Below are positions 1 through 13,380 of a stretch of 64,000 nt of DNA, one piece after another. This DNA is from Lama glama. Its lineage: Eukaryota. The DNA lies in assembly GCA_028534125.1 (NCBI GenBank), contig CM052817.1, positions 72,790,001 to 72,854,000 of the forward strand. Direction: 5' to 3'. Both the position numbers and the translations under genes were made by a program. The notes under the pieces were generated by a model. The model searched no databases. It saw only the letters and a program-made list of their open reading frames with translations, and was not told the origin of the DNA. How positions within the stretch are numbered: the first letter of the stretch is position 1; every line of letters begins with the position of its first letter.

Positions 1-1284
1 CTGTGAGGCCAAAGTAATTTACCATTTCACCACCCACCACATGCACCATATTTGAACAGCTGGAAAATGTTTCATTTGTTACATGATTAATTATCACTTT
101 TCCTAAAGTCTATGGCCCACTATACAGCTAACATGATGTGCCACCTTAGGAAAAACCTAGGTGGTTTTAGCAAAGCTGGATTTACCAAACTCAATAAATT
201 ACACATTCCTTTGGTACCTGTGTGGTTAAACTGTTTTTAACTGAACTCCACTGGTGTCATATACGTAGTAAACAAATGAGCATACGTGCAAACATCATGA
301 CTGTTTACAGCACAAATATTATGCAGCTTGCAATTTTAGATGACCCACTGGCAAGTCTTAAAGCAAAAAGTATTTACTGTTCAGACATACTCTTTTCTTT
401 ACACTTTTGTTATGATTTCTTTGTTTTCTGAACATTACAAACCCAGTTGTTTAGGTCATGCGACATGGCAGCTGAATGGACATACCATAAAAGCTCTTAC
501 TAAACAGAGATTCTTTCTGGTTCAAATTTATTTCCCCATTAAACAAGAGGCAATTTAACACTTGCTTGAAAACACCACTTTGATTACTTCACTGGAAGGA
601 ATTCTTTATTATTTTATGGACAAACAGATTACAATTCTCTATTCATGCACAGGTCTATTCTGATTTTCCCCCACATAAAATGTACATCACAAGAAAAACA
701 AACAATATTACCTTAACTTGTTTTTGAGGCATTATCTGTGTTGAATTTTTTAAAAAATAATAATCTGTAACAGCTGAATGCCTGTTTTTCCCTTTAATTC
801 TATGATTATCTGTTTAGTGCCCTTAAGAAAACTAGTGATTATATCTAATATTTCCCCCCATAATCTTAGATCTCCCAGAAAAGGAAGAAAAGAATATGTA
901 TACAAGGCAGTTACCCTTTTGTCTGTCGTTCTCAAACAGCTTGGTGATATGACCAAAATCAAGAAAGGTCAGCATTATAAACCTAATAAATTAAATACTG
1001 AAGGTAAGGAAAGCCTAAGACTTAAAAGTAGAGATGAACATATTACTTTTTTGAATTTCTCATTCCAAAGTAATATGCAGTTACCTGATAACTCCAGCCC
1101 AGTAAATAGTTTATTAGTTTTAAAAATACCTTCAAATTCCTCTTCATTTTGCTAAATTTCACTAACTGTGTATTTGTGTAACACATAGCATGATACAAAA
1201 GAACCAGAGGCTTTTAGGGCCAAAAGTTTTTAGAACCAACTGTTGAACGTATGTCATGGGCAAAGCAATATCTCTGATACTTAA

Positions 1285-1365
1285 TATGCTAGAGGTCTTA
1301 AGGGACTTGCTCAAGGCCACACAGCTGGTTAGTGACAAAAGCAGGACTAGACCTAAACACTTGCC
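1285..1365 (-). mobile_element. MIR SINE fragment
   Basis: GACTTGCTCAAGGCCACACAGCTGGTTAGTGAC matches the reverse complement of the MIR core. Confidence 0.75.
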
Positions 1366-1515
1366 CAGACATGGTGGCAAGTGATTCTCCTTTCCTGCTG
1401 CTTGCTTAGCATAGGAGGGTTGGGGACGGGAGGTGTCAATCGCTATCTCTCTACTACTGAGGACAAATGTTGCATCACTTAATCAGAATGCAGTCCTTCA
1501 TCGAGCAAAATCTCA

Positions 1516-1534
1516 AAGTGACATCTAGTGGAAA
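1516..1534 (-). promoter_or_regulatory. Candidate CTCF site
   Basis: Minus strand TTTCCACTAGATGTCACTT fits the CTCF core CCAC(C/T)AG(A/G)(G/T)G(G/T)C(A/G). Confidence 0.5.
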
Positions 1535-2198
1535 ACCCAGTCTCTATGGAGACATTTAATTAAACTGCAGTCCCTTTATACCAGCACAAATATTGTGAGG
1601 GAAAACAACTCAACTCCTTTGACATTTTTGCAAATAGGTTTAGTGGAATCCATTCTGTTTACTTTTACTGACATTTGTTTTTCAGTCAATTATCCCACAT
1701 GGTTATTTTTTTTTCTTTCATAATTTATTGCTAGCAAGTTAGCCATAAGAATAAATACAAGTAATTCCTTTCTTTAGTACAAGTACCATAGTTTTGGTTA
1801 ATAATAGCTGAAAAATAAACACTCACTTTACCCTTTCCTTTTCCTAATAGTTCTAGTTTACTCATAAATCAGACTGGTGGCAACATCTGAATCCAACTAG
1901 GAAGAACTTAACCTCAAATGTATCAGGGGTTTCTCCTCACATAGCCCTAAAACTTTGGAAAACAACACATTTTACTGGATTAGTCATCAGCCAGATAACT
2001 AAATATGACAATCATTTATATGTCATATACACCTGTCTCCATTTTTGCAAATCTTTATTTTGAAACTTTTTGTGAAGTCTTGAAAGGTTCAGAAAGCCTT
2101 CATCACAAAAAGTTCTATTCCTTTTTTATTCCATAGGATCTCACTGAGTAGACATAGAAAAATTAATTTTTAAGAGGTTAAAAATATGTAGTGTAGAA

Positions 2199-2349
2199 CA
2201 GAGCTGCTCAAACTCTAATATGCATATACATCACCTAGAGAGCATGTCAAAATGCATACGCAAATTCAGTAGATTCAGAGTGAGGCCTGAGAGTCCATTT
2301 CCTAATAAGTTCTCAGGTTAGATATTAGTCCACACTTTGAATGATAAGG
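2199..2349. mobile_element. MER5-family hAT-Charlie MITE
   Basis: CAGAGCTGCTCAAACT...ATCACCTAGAGAGC...GAGGCCTGAGA...CCACACTTTGA; degenerate 8-bp TSD GTGTAGAA/GTGTAAGA. Confidence 0.75.
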
Positions 2350-2479
2350 GTGTAAGAGGAAAGGACATTTACTTTGGAGCTGGGGAGACCTGGACTGAAA
2401 TCTAACTTCATTGGTTTCTGGCAGTGAGAACCTGAGACAGTCCTCTGCCCAACCCCTCCTTCTCCCCCTGCAACACTCA

Positions 2480-3390
2480 CAGCCTCACCACCACCATCTG
2501 CCTTGGACCCCCTGGGATGGCCTCATCATGCCCTTTATCCCACTTCTTGTCAGGCCACCTGTAGACTCCTAAGCTGCCTCCCAACTCCCACAGTTGAATC
2601 CCTCTTAGCCTCTGTGAACCTATCCTATCCCCTTTTCCCATCCCTCCTCAAGTTCTCAAATCCTTCCACTTTGTCCTCCAAAACTCAGTCAACAATCAAC
2701 AAAATTCTCTGTGTTCATTCTCCGACTATGACCTGAATACTCTGTTCCCTTCTTGCTTTAAGGAAAACCTGGCTCCCCACTGAGGAAACTAATGCCTCTG
2801 CAGTCCTCTCAGTGAAGTTTGTCTTCCATGGTTCTCACACCATTAGGCCTAGAAGTAGAGAATGTGTCCTCCTTGCTTCTTATTGCTGCTTTCAGACAAT
2901 TTTTCAATCCTCCCTTGTTCCCCAAAAAAAAAAACACCCATTTTGAATCTCTGTCATCAGATTATATCACCCATAACTTCTCATAGTTCTTGTCCCCCCA
3001 AATGCCAAGGATCCCCTTCATTTCCTCTACCCAACCTAGCCACTCACTCCCATGGTCATTACCCTAGACCTTGTTACTGGTCATCATTTATATTATATGT
3101 CTCCAGTCCATACACTTAATTATGTAGGCTGCCATTTTATACTCTCTCCTGAAGTACCCAGTACCTCTTCTCCCATTGTTATCCTAAGATGATAACCTTG
3201 CTTCCTATTTTACCAAAACAAAAAAAATAGAAATGATAAGAAAACAATTTCCACATACTAGCACCAACACATCTACCCATACGCCTGCATCAGCAAACAT
3301 CTTTGCCTTGCTGCCTTTTACCAATGTTGAACTGTCCAATGCTCCTATCAAAAATCAACCCTTATATGTATGCACTAGATCTCACTTGCC
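2480..3390 (+). mobile_element. L2 LINE fragment (endonuclease region)
   Basis: Pyrimidine-rich; decayed APE-endonuclease motifs (LLAL-ETWL-like near 2750, THSHGH-LDLV-like near 3040-3075), with frameshifts. Confidence 0.7.
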
Positions 3391-3394
3391 CTCA

Positions 3395-3596
3395 CGAATC
3401 CAGCTCAGACAGACTTTCATGTAGCTGTAGATGTCACCAACATCTGAATGTAACCTCCTGAGAGACTCTGATCTAGATCCACCAGGTAAGTGGCTTCCAA
3501 ATTCCTGACACACAGAAACTATGAGTTTTAAAGTGTTTATTGTTTTAAACCATTAGGTTTGAAGGTGACTTTTGATTCAGCAATAAACGTAATACA
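3395..3596 (+). mobile_element. MaLR LTR (MLT1-type), 3' part
   Basis: AAATTCCTGACACACAGAAACTATGAG...TGTTTATTGTTTTAAACC...CAGCAATAAACGTAATACA is a typical MLT1 3' terminus. Confidence 0.75.
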
Positions 3597-4469
3597 AGAA
3601 ATAAATGAATGAAATGACAGATCACAAGATCAACCTCATATCCACTAGTTAATTAGGAAGGATTTATACACCAGTCAATTGAGGGGCTAATTTTCAAGTA
3701 TCAGAAGGGAAGGTACATCAGGTACTTCTTCCTCTGGAGAAACAGGGCTTATAGAACTTGATAAGGAGTGGAGCCTTCATACAGAACTACAGAGATGGGT
3801 AAAACATCTTTCATTCTTGTGAACCCCAGTGGGAAAGAAAGACAAAATTCCCTGACCAAAGAGAAGCTCTGACAATTATGGATGCTCACTTTCCAGGCAG
3901 GGTTCACATTTGTTGTCAGTATAGCAAGGTAAGGGGCGAGGTCCTAAGAGCTGCGGGGCCTTAGGAAGCAGTCATTTCTTGCCTCTCCTGAAGATGGACA
4001 GCATATCTTTCAGCCAGCCAGAGAGGATACGATGGTAGCCAGCTTCACACAAATTCTTATCGGAGTGACCATGAAAACCAGAATCAGGCAGTTTTATCAC
4101 ATTGGGAGTGACCAGTGTGTAGGGATCAGCCTGCCCACTCATCACTGATGGCCAGACATTCAGGGCCCGGGGCTCCCAGGCTAAAAGTAACCCACAATGC
4201 TCTTTAAATCACAAATTAAAATGCCAATGTTTGCACATTTGAAAATAACATTGGGGTCTAACTTCAAACATCTGTTCGATGAATTCCTCAGCTAGTTTTA
4301 CATCTAAGGCTCATAGGCTTTAACTTGATAGTTTGATGAGTTAGAGAAGAAACAAGTCTCATTATAAAGTGGTATTTTTGCGTGGAGGGCTCTAGGTCCA
4401 GGAGCAATTGCCCCCACAAATCCATACGAAGACACTTGAGAGAATCTATCCATCGATCAATTAATTGAT

Positions 4470-4562
4470 AAGCAGATAGACAGAGAGATGGATGGATTGA
4501 TAGATAGATAGATAGAGTAATAGATAGATAGATATAGATAGATACACACACATACATACATA
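4470..4562. repeat. Compound (GATA)n/(GATG)n/(CATA)n microsatellite
   Basis: Read directly: imperfect GATA and GATG runs followed by CA/CATA units. Confidence 0.9.
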
Positions 4563-5019
4563 TTTAATTAAATACATATCAGTACAAATTTAATTTTTTT
4601 AACTTAGCAAGAGAAGGTATTTTTTAAAACACAACTAGAAAAGTAGCAACTAATCAAAAAAAGTTTCCATTTCTTTTAAACTTATTTTCACCTACCAGTA
4701 GTTTCCAAACCAAAAAACATATGTTCCTCTAGGCTTTACAAAGAATCAAACAAGGAATTTGGTCAACTCTTACACCTATGGTTTAGATATTCCAATAAAA
4801 AATTCTTAACAGTTTTTAAACATTTTTTTAATTTTGTTTACAGAAAAGTTACATCTGAATATTCAGTAGTCTAAGTGAAACATCCTTACTACCATAAAGC
4901 AGTTAATGTTTTTATATAATTTTAATATTCCTGATATTAATTAAATTTGTGGCTATGATTAATACAGAAGTTATGAAGTAATTTCTACCAACTCATATGA
5001 AACATGGCTCTTTGAACTT

Positions 5020-6142
5020 CATCTTTCCTCTAGTTATTCTCACTCCCTTGATGAGCTCATCTAGTTACTTGGCTTTAAAAAAATCATCTATATGCTGATG
5101 ATACCCAAATTTATATCCAGAGCCCAGACAGCTCCTCTGAACTCCAGACTCATATATCCAGCTGCCTATTTGACGTCTCCATTTAAAAGCCTGACATACA
5201 TTTCACATTTATCTTGTCCTAAACCAAATTTCTGATCTCCTCTCCCAAACCTCCTCCCACAGTCTTCCCCTTCTCAGTAAACAGGAGGCCTATCCTCCTT
5301 AGTTGCTCAGATCAAAAATCTGGGAGTTATCCTTAACTCCTCTTTCTTTCACTCCTGACATCGAATCCACCAGCCAATCCTGTCAATTCTACCTTCTGTA
5401 TCACCCAGCATCTGACTTCATACGGTCTCCACTGCAACTGTTTTGACCTAAGGCACCATCATCTCTCACCCGGATGACTCAGTGGTCTCCTACCTGGCCT
5501 CCTGCCTCTGCCCTTGCTCCCTATACAGCCTGTTAGGTACTCAACACTCACAGTGATTAAGTAAAACACAAGTGATTACATAAAGTATGTCCTCCCTGTG
5601 TTTAACACCCTAAAACTGGACCTTGTTTCAGCAAACTAAAAGACAGTTCTACAAGGTCCTACATGATCTCGACATCACACCCTCCACTTCCTCCACCCTG
5701 TTACCAAACTCATATCCTACTATTTTCCCCATTGTTCACTCTAGTTAAGTCACTCTAGCTTCTTAAGTCATCCTCAAACTTCAGGGTTTTGGCACTAACC
5801 CACCCATTGCCTGGGATAAAAAGCAGCCCAGTTAACCACATGGCTCATTCCTGTATTCTCTTCAGGTCTCTGCTCCACTGTAACCTTCTCAGGGACTCTC
5901 CTCATGAAAGCACAGTCCCTCCTGTCTCCCACAATACCCATTCTCCTTTGCTCCATTTTTCTCCACTGCCCTTTCCAGCAGTATAAATATCTTATTTATT
6001 TGTTTGTTTGTTTTCCTCGACTAGAATGTAAACTTCCTCAAGGCAAAAGCTTCTATCCATTTTGTTTATTACTATCCAGCCAGTTCTTAGAATATTCTTA
6101 GCAAGAAGTGGGCACTCAATAAATATTAATTGAATGCATGAA
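5020..6142 (+). mobile_element. L2 LINE 3' portion (RT remnant to tail)
   Basis: In-frame HLYADDTQIY RT motif at 5085-5114; ends in the L2 tail GCACTCAATAAATATTAATTGAATGCATGAA. Confidence 0.9.
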
Positions 6143-6511
6143 CATTAAGGAATTGGAAAACTATTTACAATCAACATTTCAGCAATTGGTCAGTATCCCA
6201 GCTGGTAGAAGGAAGGCTCAGTACAGTATTGCTCATTCCTCCTCAAAACACTTCTTATCATAGAGCTAAATATCTATGGTCATTTTCACTCAGCTTTATG
6301 AATCTTTGCAGCTCCAATGTTATGACTTTTTTCTGGAAACACTGGCTTCTGAATATCTCAATATTTTTCAACATCTGAGAACCCCATTAGAGCTGGTGAT
6401 CATATTACTATTTAAAACTAGATGGACAAAGCATGTGTGGGCTTAAACCCCCTCATCTCTCCACCAAATGCAGCCAGAGAAATACTTTGTAAGAACGAAA
6501 TAGTTATATAA

Positions 6512-6971
6512 TAGGGGTCTGCAAACTATGGCCTGAAGTCCAAAGCCAGCTAAGAGTTCCAGATTAAATAGAGAATGTCCAGTTAAATTTGAATTTCAGA
6601 TATACAACAGATAATTTTTTTAGTGTAAGTATGTCCCAAATATTAAACGCTGAATCTGGAAAACTTAAATCTGACCTACCACCTGTTTTTGTACAGTTCA
6701 CAAGCAAAAAAAAATGGTTTTTCCATCTTTAAGTGATTGGAAAGAAATTGAAAGAAGAAGAATACTTTGTGACAAGTAAAAATTATACGAAATTCAAAGT
6801 TCATTGTCTATAAATAAAGTATTATTGGAACACAGCAATGTGCATTTGTTTACTTAGCATCAATGGACACTCAAACTACAACAGCACAGCTGTATAGTTT
6901 TAACAGAGACCAAGCTGCAAAGCCTAAATATCTACTGTCTGGCCCTTTATAGAAAAGTTTAGCTGCCCCTG
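6512..6971. mobile_element. MER58(B)-like hAT element, interrupted by a MER53-like insertion
   Basis: Termini AGGGGTCTGCAAACTATGGCC and TGGCCCTTTATAGAAAAGTTTAGCTGCCCCTG; internal AATAAAGTATTATTGGAACACAGC. Confidence 0.85.
6551..6667. mobile_element. MER53-like hAT MITE (internally deleted), nested in MER58
   Basis: TIRs GTTCCAGATT / AATCTGGAAAAC; CCAGTTAAATTTGAATTTCAGATA and AAGTATGTCCCA match the MER53 arm. Confidence 0.75.
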
Positions 6972-7124
6972 TTGTAGAATATTTCTTTTTTATTCTTCCC
7001 CTCACTGAAGACAAAGCAGAGTAACTAGTTTCCCTTCAGAACTCTCTTCCTACAGGAGCACTGCCCGTGCTTTATCATTATGTTGGAAGAAGAAGTAAAA
7101 GCCTCTGAGAAGAGGCAAAATGAT

Positions 7125-7260
7125 GAAGGGTGTGGGCTGTGGATCCTGCAGAACTGAGTGTGAATCCTTTCTCCACCTGTCACAGCCTGAGTGAGTTACT
7201 TAAGTGTGAGCCATACGAATAACATCACACAAGGGTTGCTCGGAGGGTTAGGAGATAAGG
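7125..7260 (+). mobile_element. MIR SINE (diverged)
   Basis: GTGTGAATCC...CCTGAGTGAGTTACTTAA...AGGGTTGCTCGGAGG. Confidence 0.55.
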
Positions 7261-8489
7261 AGTAAATGATTGATTTTAAAGGACAAAAAAAGTCCAATTT
7301 CTAGACTATAATAGAGGATATGATTGTCAGGAGGACCAAAAGGAGAGGGTGAAGAAAAGTGAAAAGATAAAAATTAGGACTAGGAGGACAGACATCTCAA
7401 TCACTCACCAAATGGTGAGCTTAAGTGAAAAATACAGACTTCACATGGACTCAAGCCAGAGATCATGACCAAAATTAATTAGGGAGGGATGGATAGATGT
7501 ACTCAGACCAAGCAAGGCAACAGTAACACCTTCTCCAAGGTAAGTAAAACTTGCCTTGTGTCTACTCTATACACATGTGATTACCTTAGTAAAAATTGTA
7601 TAATTCACACTGCCAGACATTAGCATTATTATATACAAAAGGAGGCGCGCGTGTGTGTGGCTAGTACTATGAGGGAAACGAGAGAAGACAGAGCCACATT
7701 TACACCACTGTGGAATTCCTCAGATTCTCAAAGGAGCCAACGGAGGAAGCAGGAACTAAAGCCTCTTTAGCCTCATTCTCTCCAACAAATATTTTCTACT
7801 CAGGACCCTGGGTTAAAGTTATCAGGACCCTGTTTTTAAGGCCTGGATAGTGTATAAATGGAGGGGGAAATTTATTAGATTCATCAAATGACTATCTCTG
7901 TGACCCATGACCCTAGGCAGTGGTTCTCAACATGTGAGCCTCACATGTAAAACATATTCCCAAACAAAACTTCTGACACTAGATATACTGCACTTCACTC
8001 CTCCTAAAAGGCATTATCAGCATGGGCGAGAGTGACAGTGATGTTATCACAGAGATAACCTTGAGGTTGTTCTAAGTATATTTTTAAATGTAAATTATTT
8101 GCAAGTACTTCAACTGTTTGGTAACAAATACTCATGACATGTCTCACTCCCAACCTGTGCCACAGCACTGTGATTGAGGAGTACTGTTTCATGCTACTTC
8201 TCATGAATAAAATTTTCCCAAAGTATGGAAGTCCATATTAATATTAACCAGGGCAACAATCCTATTAAAATATATGTAATCAATCCCCAGTGTTACCTCA
8301 AAGACTGTGTTTCTGAAATTGATTTCTGTTCACAACATATGTTGATGTACTTCCCAGGCTTATACTCAGAGCTGGCCAAGACACTCGTTAGTTCATTCAT
8401 TAGTTCTTTTATTCTCAACATATGAAGTTCATATGACAAGAATAACTGACCTAGTGTAACAGACCACAAATACAGACATCTGACACATT

Positions 8490-8720
8490 TCAGTCAACCA
8501 GTAAGTAATGAGATCCTGCTCTTTTGCTGTAGTTCTAGGGGTAAAGATGAATAAGCCAGAGCTCTGGCCCTCTAGGAGCTCACAGTCTAGTGGAGACAAA
8601 ATACAAATAAAATAATTTCAGTGTGGTGTGATTAAATACAATGGTCGACATGAACACAATGTGTTATGAGCTCATGGGAAAGGAACTGAATCCACAAGGG
8701 AATAATTAAAGACAGTTTCG
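8490..8720 (-). mobile_element. L2 3' end fragment
   Basis: GATGAATAAG...GCCCTCTAGGAGCTCACAGTCTAGTGG matches the reverse-complement L2 tail. Confidence 0.7.
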
Positions 8721-8894
8721 CAAGAGAGAGAGTACACTGAGCAGCTACCCAGTGTCAGTAACTATACTAGGTGGTACTAGCCATGGACAGCTGCTAAAAA
8801 GACAGCCACGCGCCTGACATGAGTAACTTACAGTCTAGTACAGAGGGCAGATCCATTAACCTGAATCTCAAAGGCAAATGGAAAGTCAATGAAC

Positions 8895-9400
8895 TGTGTT
8901 GGTGCCCTTGACCCAATCTCCCTCCTAACCAGGCCTCACACCTCACCAACCTGTGTGTACTCTCTTGTTCCTCTGTGGCAGATACTTAAGGAACATCTCC
9001 TTAGTACAAAATTTTCTCCTCTTTGGAAACAGCTACAAACATAGGTATAGAATATGAGACGACATATCTTTACCTGACCCCAAACCCCTAGAAATAGCTG
9101 ATTGTTATAGAAGTAGATACTCAACCCAACCTGAACCATTCAGTGCTCTCTCACTGGTATTTGAAATTCTAAACTGAGATGCACAGGGACTTGGAAGTGA
9201 ATCACACTAATGGCAACATCCTATGAAGAATGACACAAACTCCTGTCCCACAGGAAACCCACAGCCACCCTGCCCTCCACTCATTCCACATGTCGCTTAT
9301 TGGATCCCCTTCAATTCTATAAGAACTCTCCCAGTTCCTTCCATCTGCTTAGGCTGGCAGGAGTCAGTTCTTTGCTTATAACCCAATAGACTTTCATACA
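8895..9400 (+). mobile_element. Ancient ERVL/MaLR-type LTR, subfamily uncertain
   Basis: TG...CA termini; 3' end TTGCTTATAACCCAATAGACTTTCATACA resembles MLT1/ERVL LTR ends. Confidence 0.45.
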
Positions 9401-12400
9401 TGTCACCTATCTACTTAGTCTTCCAATTCCTGTACCAGTCTAACTGAATTTTCCTCTGATCAAACAATTTGCTGAGAGAGTAATGGCTCATAAATCTTAG
9501 TATGTTATCTACCCTCCAGAGAGCTAATAACGTGGGGGGACTTGTGGAGGTACAATGTTGAAATCCAGAGATTCATGCTGGTGACATCCCCCCGCCACTC
9601 TTCTTTTTGCTACTGAGGCAGTTCTTCTTGTTAAGATCTCCTTACTTCTGAGGAAGCCTTAGAGAAAGGGAACATCTGTTCAGTTCTAACTACACCCTGC
9701 TAGCACTTACCCAAGAGGTTGGAAGAAGAATTTTAGAGCATAAATTTTTAACCTAAAACTCAAAATAAAATCATTCATGAGAAAACAATGTTGTCCCTAA
9801 ATATTTCTATGTATTCTTGGAAGTGATTCTCATATCCTTTCTAGATTCATTTCTTTCCTCAGGTGCATGAGTAACAGTAGCAGTAGTACTATTTGTCTTC
9901 TTTCTATTCCCAACAAACCCACGAGAAGGAGGGACTTGATTTTCATTTGGGGAGTTAATTAATAAGGATGGATCAATCAAGAACTATCCTCTTTCAGGTG
10001 CTAGAAGACAAAGTCCCCTGCTAAAGTTACATATATTTTTTAAAAACATAGACAACAGATTAGGAAAAAACTTTGGGGGGGCAAAGAGGAGCGTTTTCAG
10101 TAATTGAACAAAAGCATTTCCTATAATTTCTCCCCTCTATTCTCAGCATTTGCTAGTACTGGGGAGACATTTACACAAAACTCCGAATAACATAGAGTGG
10201 CATATCAAATTAAATAATACTTCAAACAGTTATTTTTGTTTACCAGAGACTGAACATTCAACCCAAGTATATCCTCAAACCCCACCTCTAAACAGGCTTC
10301 CTTCTTTTCTCCAGTTACTGTAGGATGTGTGAATGTGTGTGTATGAACGTGGCGGGGGTTGGGGGACAGAAGTATGAGTTTGTGTTTGTTTTATTCCAAC
10401 TGAGTGGAGTAAGACATTTAATGAACACCTCAAAACTGGAGTTGGCAAATAATAGTAAACGCTCCGTAATTATGTGTTAAATGAATGACCAATGAATAAA
10501 CAAAGTATGCACTCTTTTAAATAACATTTTAAAGTAATATATTGTCCTTCTTGATAAGCTTATACACTCATAAGAGAGAGAACAGGCATCACCAACAACT
10601 ATTCCTGAAAATTCACACCATCTTGATCATTCCAATAAATACAGTAATAGTCTGAATTGGTATTATGCTTTTCCCTGAAGGTGTCAATGCATTTGACAGA
10701 ATAAATTAAATTTTTAAAATCGACCTCATTGCAAAAGTAGACTACTAATACCACATTTTGATTATAAGTAATTAAGGATTCTATATGATCTTGGGAAAAC
10801 ATTACTTTTAGCTAAATTGAAAATAGGGTTATAATGAAACAGAGATGATATATTTCATTTTAAATGATGAGAATGACTTGTTCTTGAGTTAAAGACCCAA
10901 GTTACCTTCTGTTCCAATAGCTCTCAAATATAATAAACTTTAGCTCCTATGTGTGGCAATTTCTATGATTAAGGCTAATTGATTTTTCTCTCAAGTATAA
11001 TTAATAGTTTCCATCCTACTGTTTCAAGAAATTTCATCTACAAAAGGCAATGGAACAACTGTTCATGGCAAATAATAAAGGCTTTCTTTCATGGAAAGAT
11101 CTTTCAAAACAATTAGCAATTAATGAAAAGCATGCAAGTGCCCAGAAATTGCAGATGCTCTCTCAATTTCAAATGACATGGCCGTTAGCTATCCAACCAG
11201 CAAGAGAAGTGACAATAAAATAATTAATTTTAAAGCTACAAACTACTGATAAGAAAAATTATAAGAATGAAGTCAGTTACCCATGTACAAAATTCAATGT
11301 AAATGTCAGAAACATAAATTAAAATAAGGATGTAATTGCAAAACAAGTGGAGAAAAAATAAATTAAGAAAGCATAATAAAGATTTATGTTTGCTATGTTC
11401 AGTTATTGTCCCTAAAACCAAAGTGAATAGGTTTTATTCAGAATATTTTATACTTTATATTTATCAGAAGTAATTGATCTGGTTAGAAAATTGCCCACTT
11501 TGCACGAACTAAAGTCAGTTTTCTAATTTCATGAAATCATAATTTCTCAATGACTGAAAATACTTCCCTATTATTCAAACTAATTCTCACCTCTATTAAT
11601 AAGGCTTATTTACATTTGGTTTGCAAACATGCATTTTGTATTATACCAGAAATTTTTATTGAATCATTTTTAAAAACTGAGCTACTACAGGAAGGCCGTG
11701 ATAGCATTGTGACAGACCAAAGAGAAAATTATTTATACAGTTCTCTCCAACCCTTCCTGTAGTAACTTGAGTCAGGAACTTCTACTGATCAATTCTCACA
11801 CCAGCTCTGCTAGTCAGTTCTAAAGTGTTCTCTTTCAGTTCTAACCCAAGAGCCATCCCTAAATTCCACCGAAAAATCAACATTAAGTGGTGATATGTAT
11901 CAGAAAACTACTCAAGACACTAAACCTTTGTTCATGATGAAATACTTTCCACCTTAGGCGATAGTTTGTCTAATATGCTACTTAACAAATACATCTTATA
12001 TCTATGACATATTCTTATATCTCTGAAATTATATCTTATTCACCTTATTCCGTCCATTCATCTTTGCATGCTTGAGTTTAAAGCTATTTTTTCCCTATAT
12101 GGACAAGCATGTCACCTGTCATGAAGACTCTGCAGGGTGTCCTCACAGACATTTCTGTCTGCTACATACCTCGTCTTGGATGTCCAATCTGTAATAGATC
12201 CTCCTGACATTCCTCTGTTGACAGCATCAACCCCCTGATGAAACTAGACGATCACTCCATGGACAAGCATCTCTGACTGAAACCTTGGAAACCAAATTAT
12301 GGAACTCTAAGAATAAATACACTAAGAATAGTTTCACATGTTGTACATGGCATGGAAAATACAGCACATATTTTCTATTCTCATTAACATGGAATATTTC

Positions 12401-12859
12401 CCTTCATCTGGTCAAGGCCAATTAGTCATAGCTAAGCCACAGTCTACTGTGACATGTGACATGTCTCTCAAAAAAAGGAAAAGCATATCATAAGCCTGCT
12501 GCTCAGCTGTGACATGCCATCTTGGCTCTGGTATGCCTCAAGTTGGAAAATATGCCTTTCCCTTCACAAAGAGAAATACCCCAGGCCACAAAGGCTGTGA
12601 GCCCTGTGTGCTTGCTTATCGTGGTGTTCTGAAACTGAAAATTACCTGTTTTAAAGACATATGTTATTAAAATGTGTCTATTAATTTTATAAAGGCTTTC
12701 CTCTCATAGCAACTTATTCAGTGCTGGAATAATCCAAAACGACAGCTATTCCTTCAACTACTCTATGACATTTTATTTTTAAATCTCAGGCAACATGTCC
12801 TCAAGGTGAATTTCTATCGGTATCTAGCTATCTTCAGACTTTAGACTGAATGTTTACAG

Positions 12860-13031
12860 CAGTGATTCTCAAGCCTGTCTTCACACTGGAATCACCTGGG
12901 AGTTTCAAAAAATACCGATGCCAACGTTCACCAGATACTGCAAATTAATTGCTCCTGGTGTGGCCTGAGCTTGGGAATTTTTAATATATCCTCAGATGAT
13001 TCTGATGTGCAACCAAGTTTGGGAACCACTA
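12860..13031. mobile_element. MER5A hAT-Charlie MITE
   Basis: CAGTGATTCTCAA...GAATCACCTGGGAG...GATGATTCTGATGTGCA...GTTTGGGAACCACTA; TSD GTTTACAG/GTCTATAG. Confidence 0.9.
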
Positions 13032-13164
13032 GTCTATAGAAATATTGATTAACATACCAGAAAAAGAGCCATACCACCATGTGGATAGTAGATAAAAAAT
13101 TATTGCATCCCATTTTTATCTGACAAGGTCAGAGAATGACATTCAGACTAATTAACCTTACCAG

Positions 13165-13380
13165 TAATTAGTATAACATATTAAAATGCCAAGAACTTTA
13201 CCAACATTACGTCTAAGCCTCACAACATTTCAGCAAGATAGGTTTTATTATTCTCACTTCACAGATGGGGAGACTGAAGGTCAGAAAATTTAGATTGTTT
13301 ACCCAAAATCACTAACTAATAAATGGTATTTGAACCCCTTCAGTTTGACACTAAAAGGCCTGTTCTTTCCATTATGCCAG
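13165..13380 (-). mobile_element. MIR SINE
   Basis: CCTCACAAC...ATTATTCTCACTTCACAGATGGGGAGACTGAAGG. Confidence 0.8.

Noticed and set aside
141..164. Bulged hairpin CCACCTTAGG-AAAAA-CCTAGGTGG resembling a terminator
   Set aside because: Eukaryotic context; short imperfect hairpins are expected by chance.
1130..1151. Possible 22-nt minus-strand microexon (TTTAG|CAAAATGAAGAGGAATTTGAAG|GTATTT)
   Set aside because: No polypyrimidine tract, weak donor, not frame-preserving.
3620..4290. GC-richer block as a possible exon
   Set aside because: No ORF or splice support; more likely an ancient LTR-derived segment that I cannot assign.
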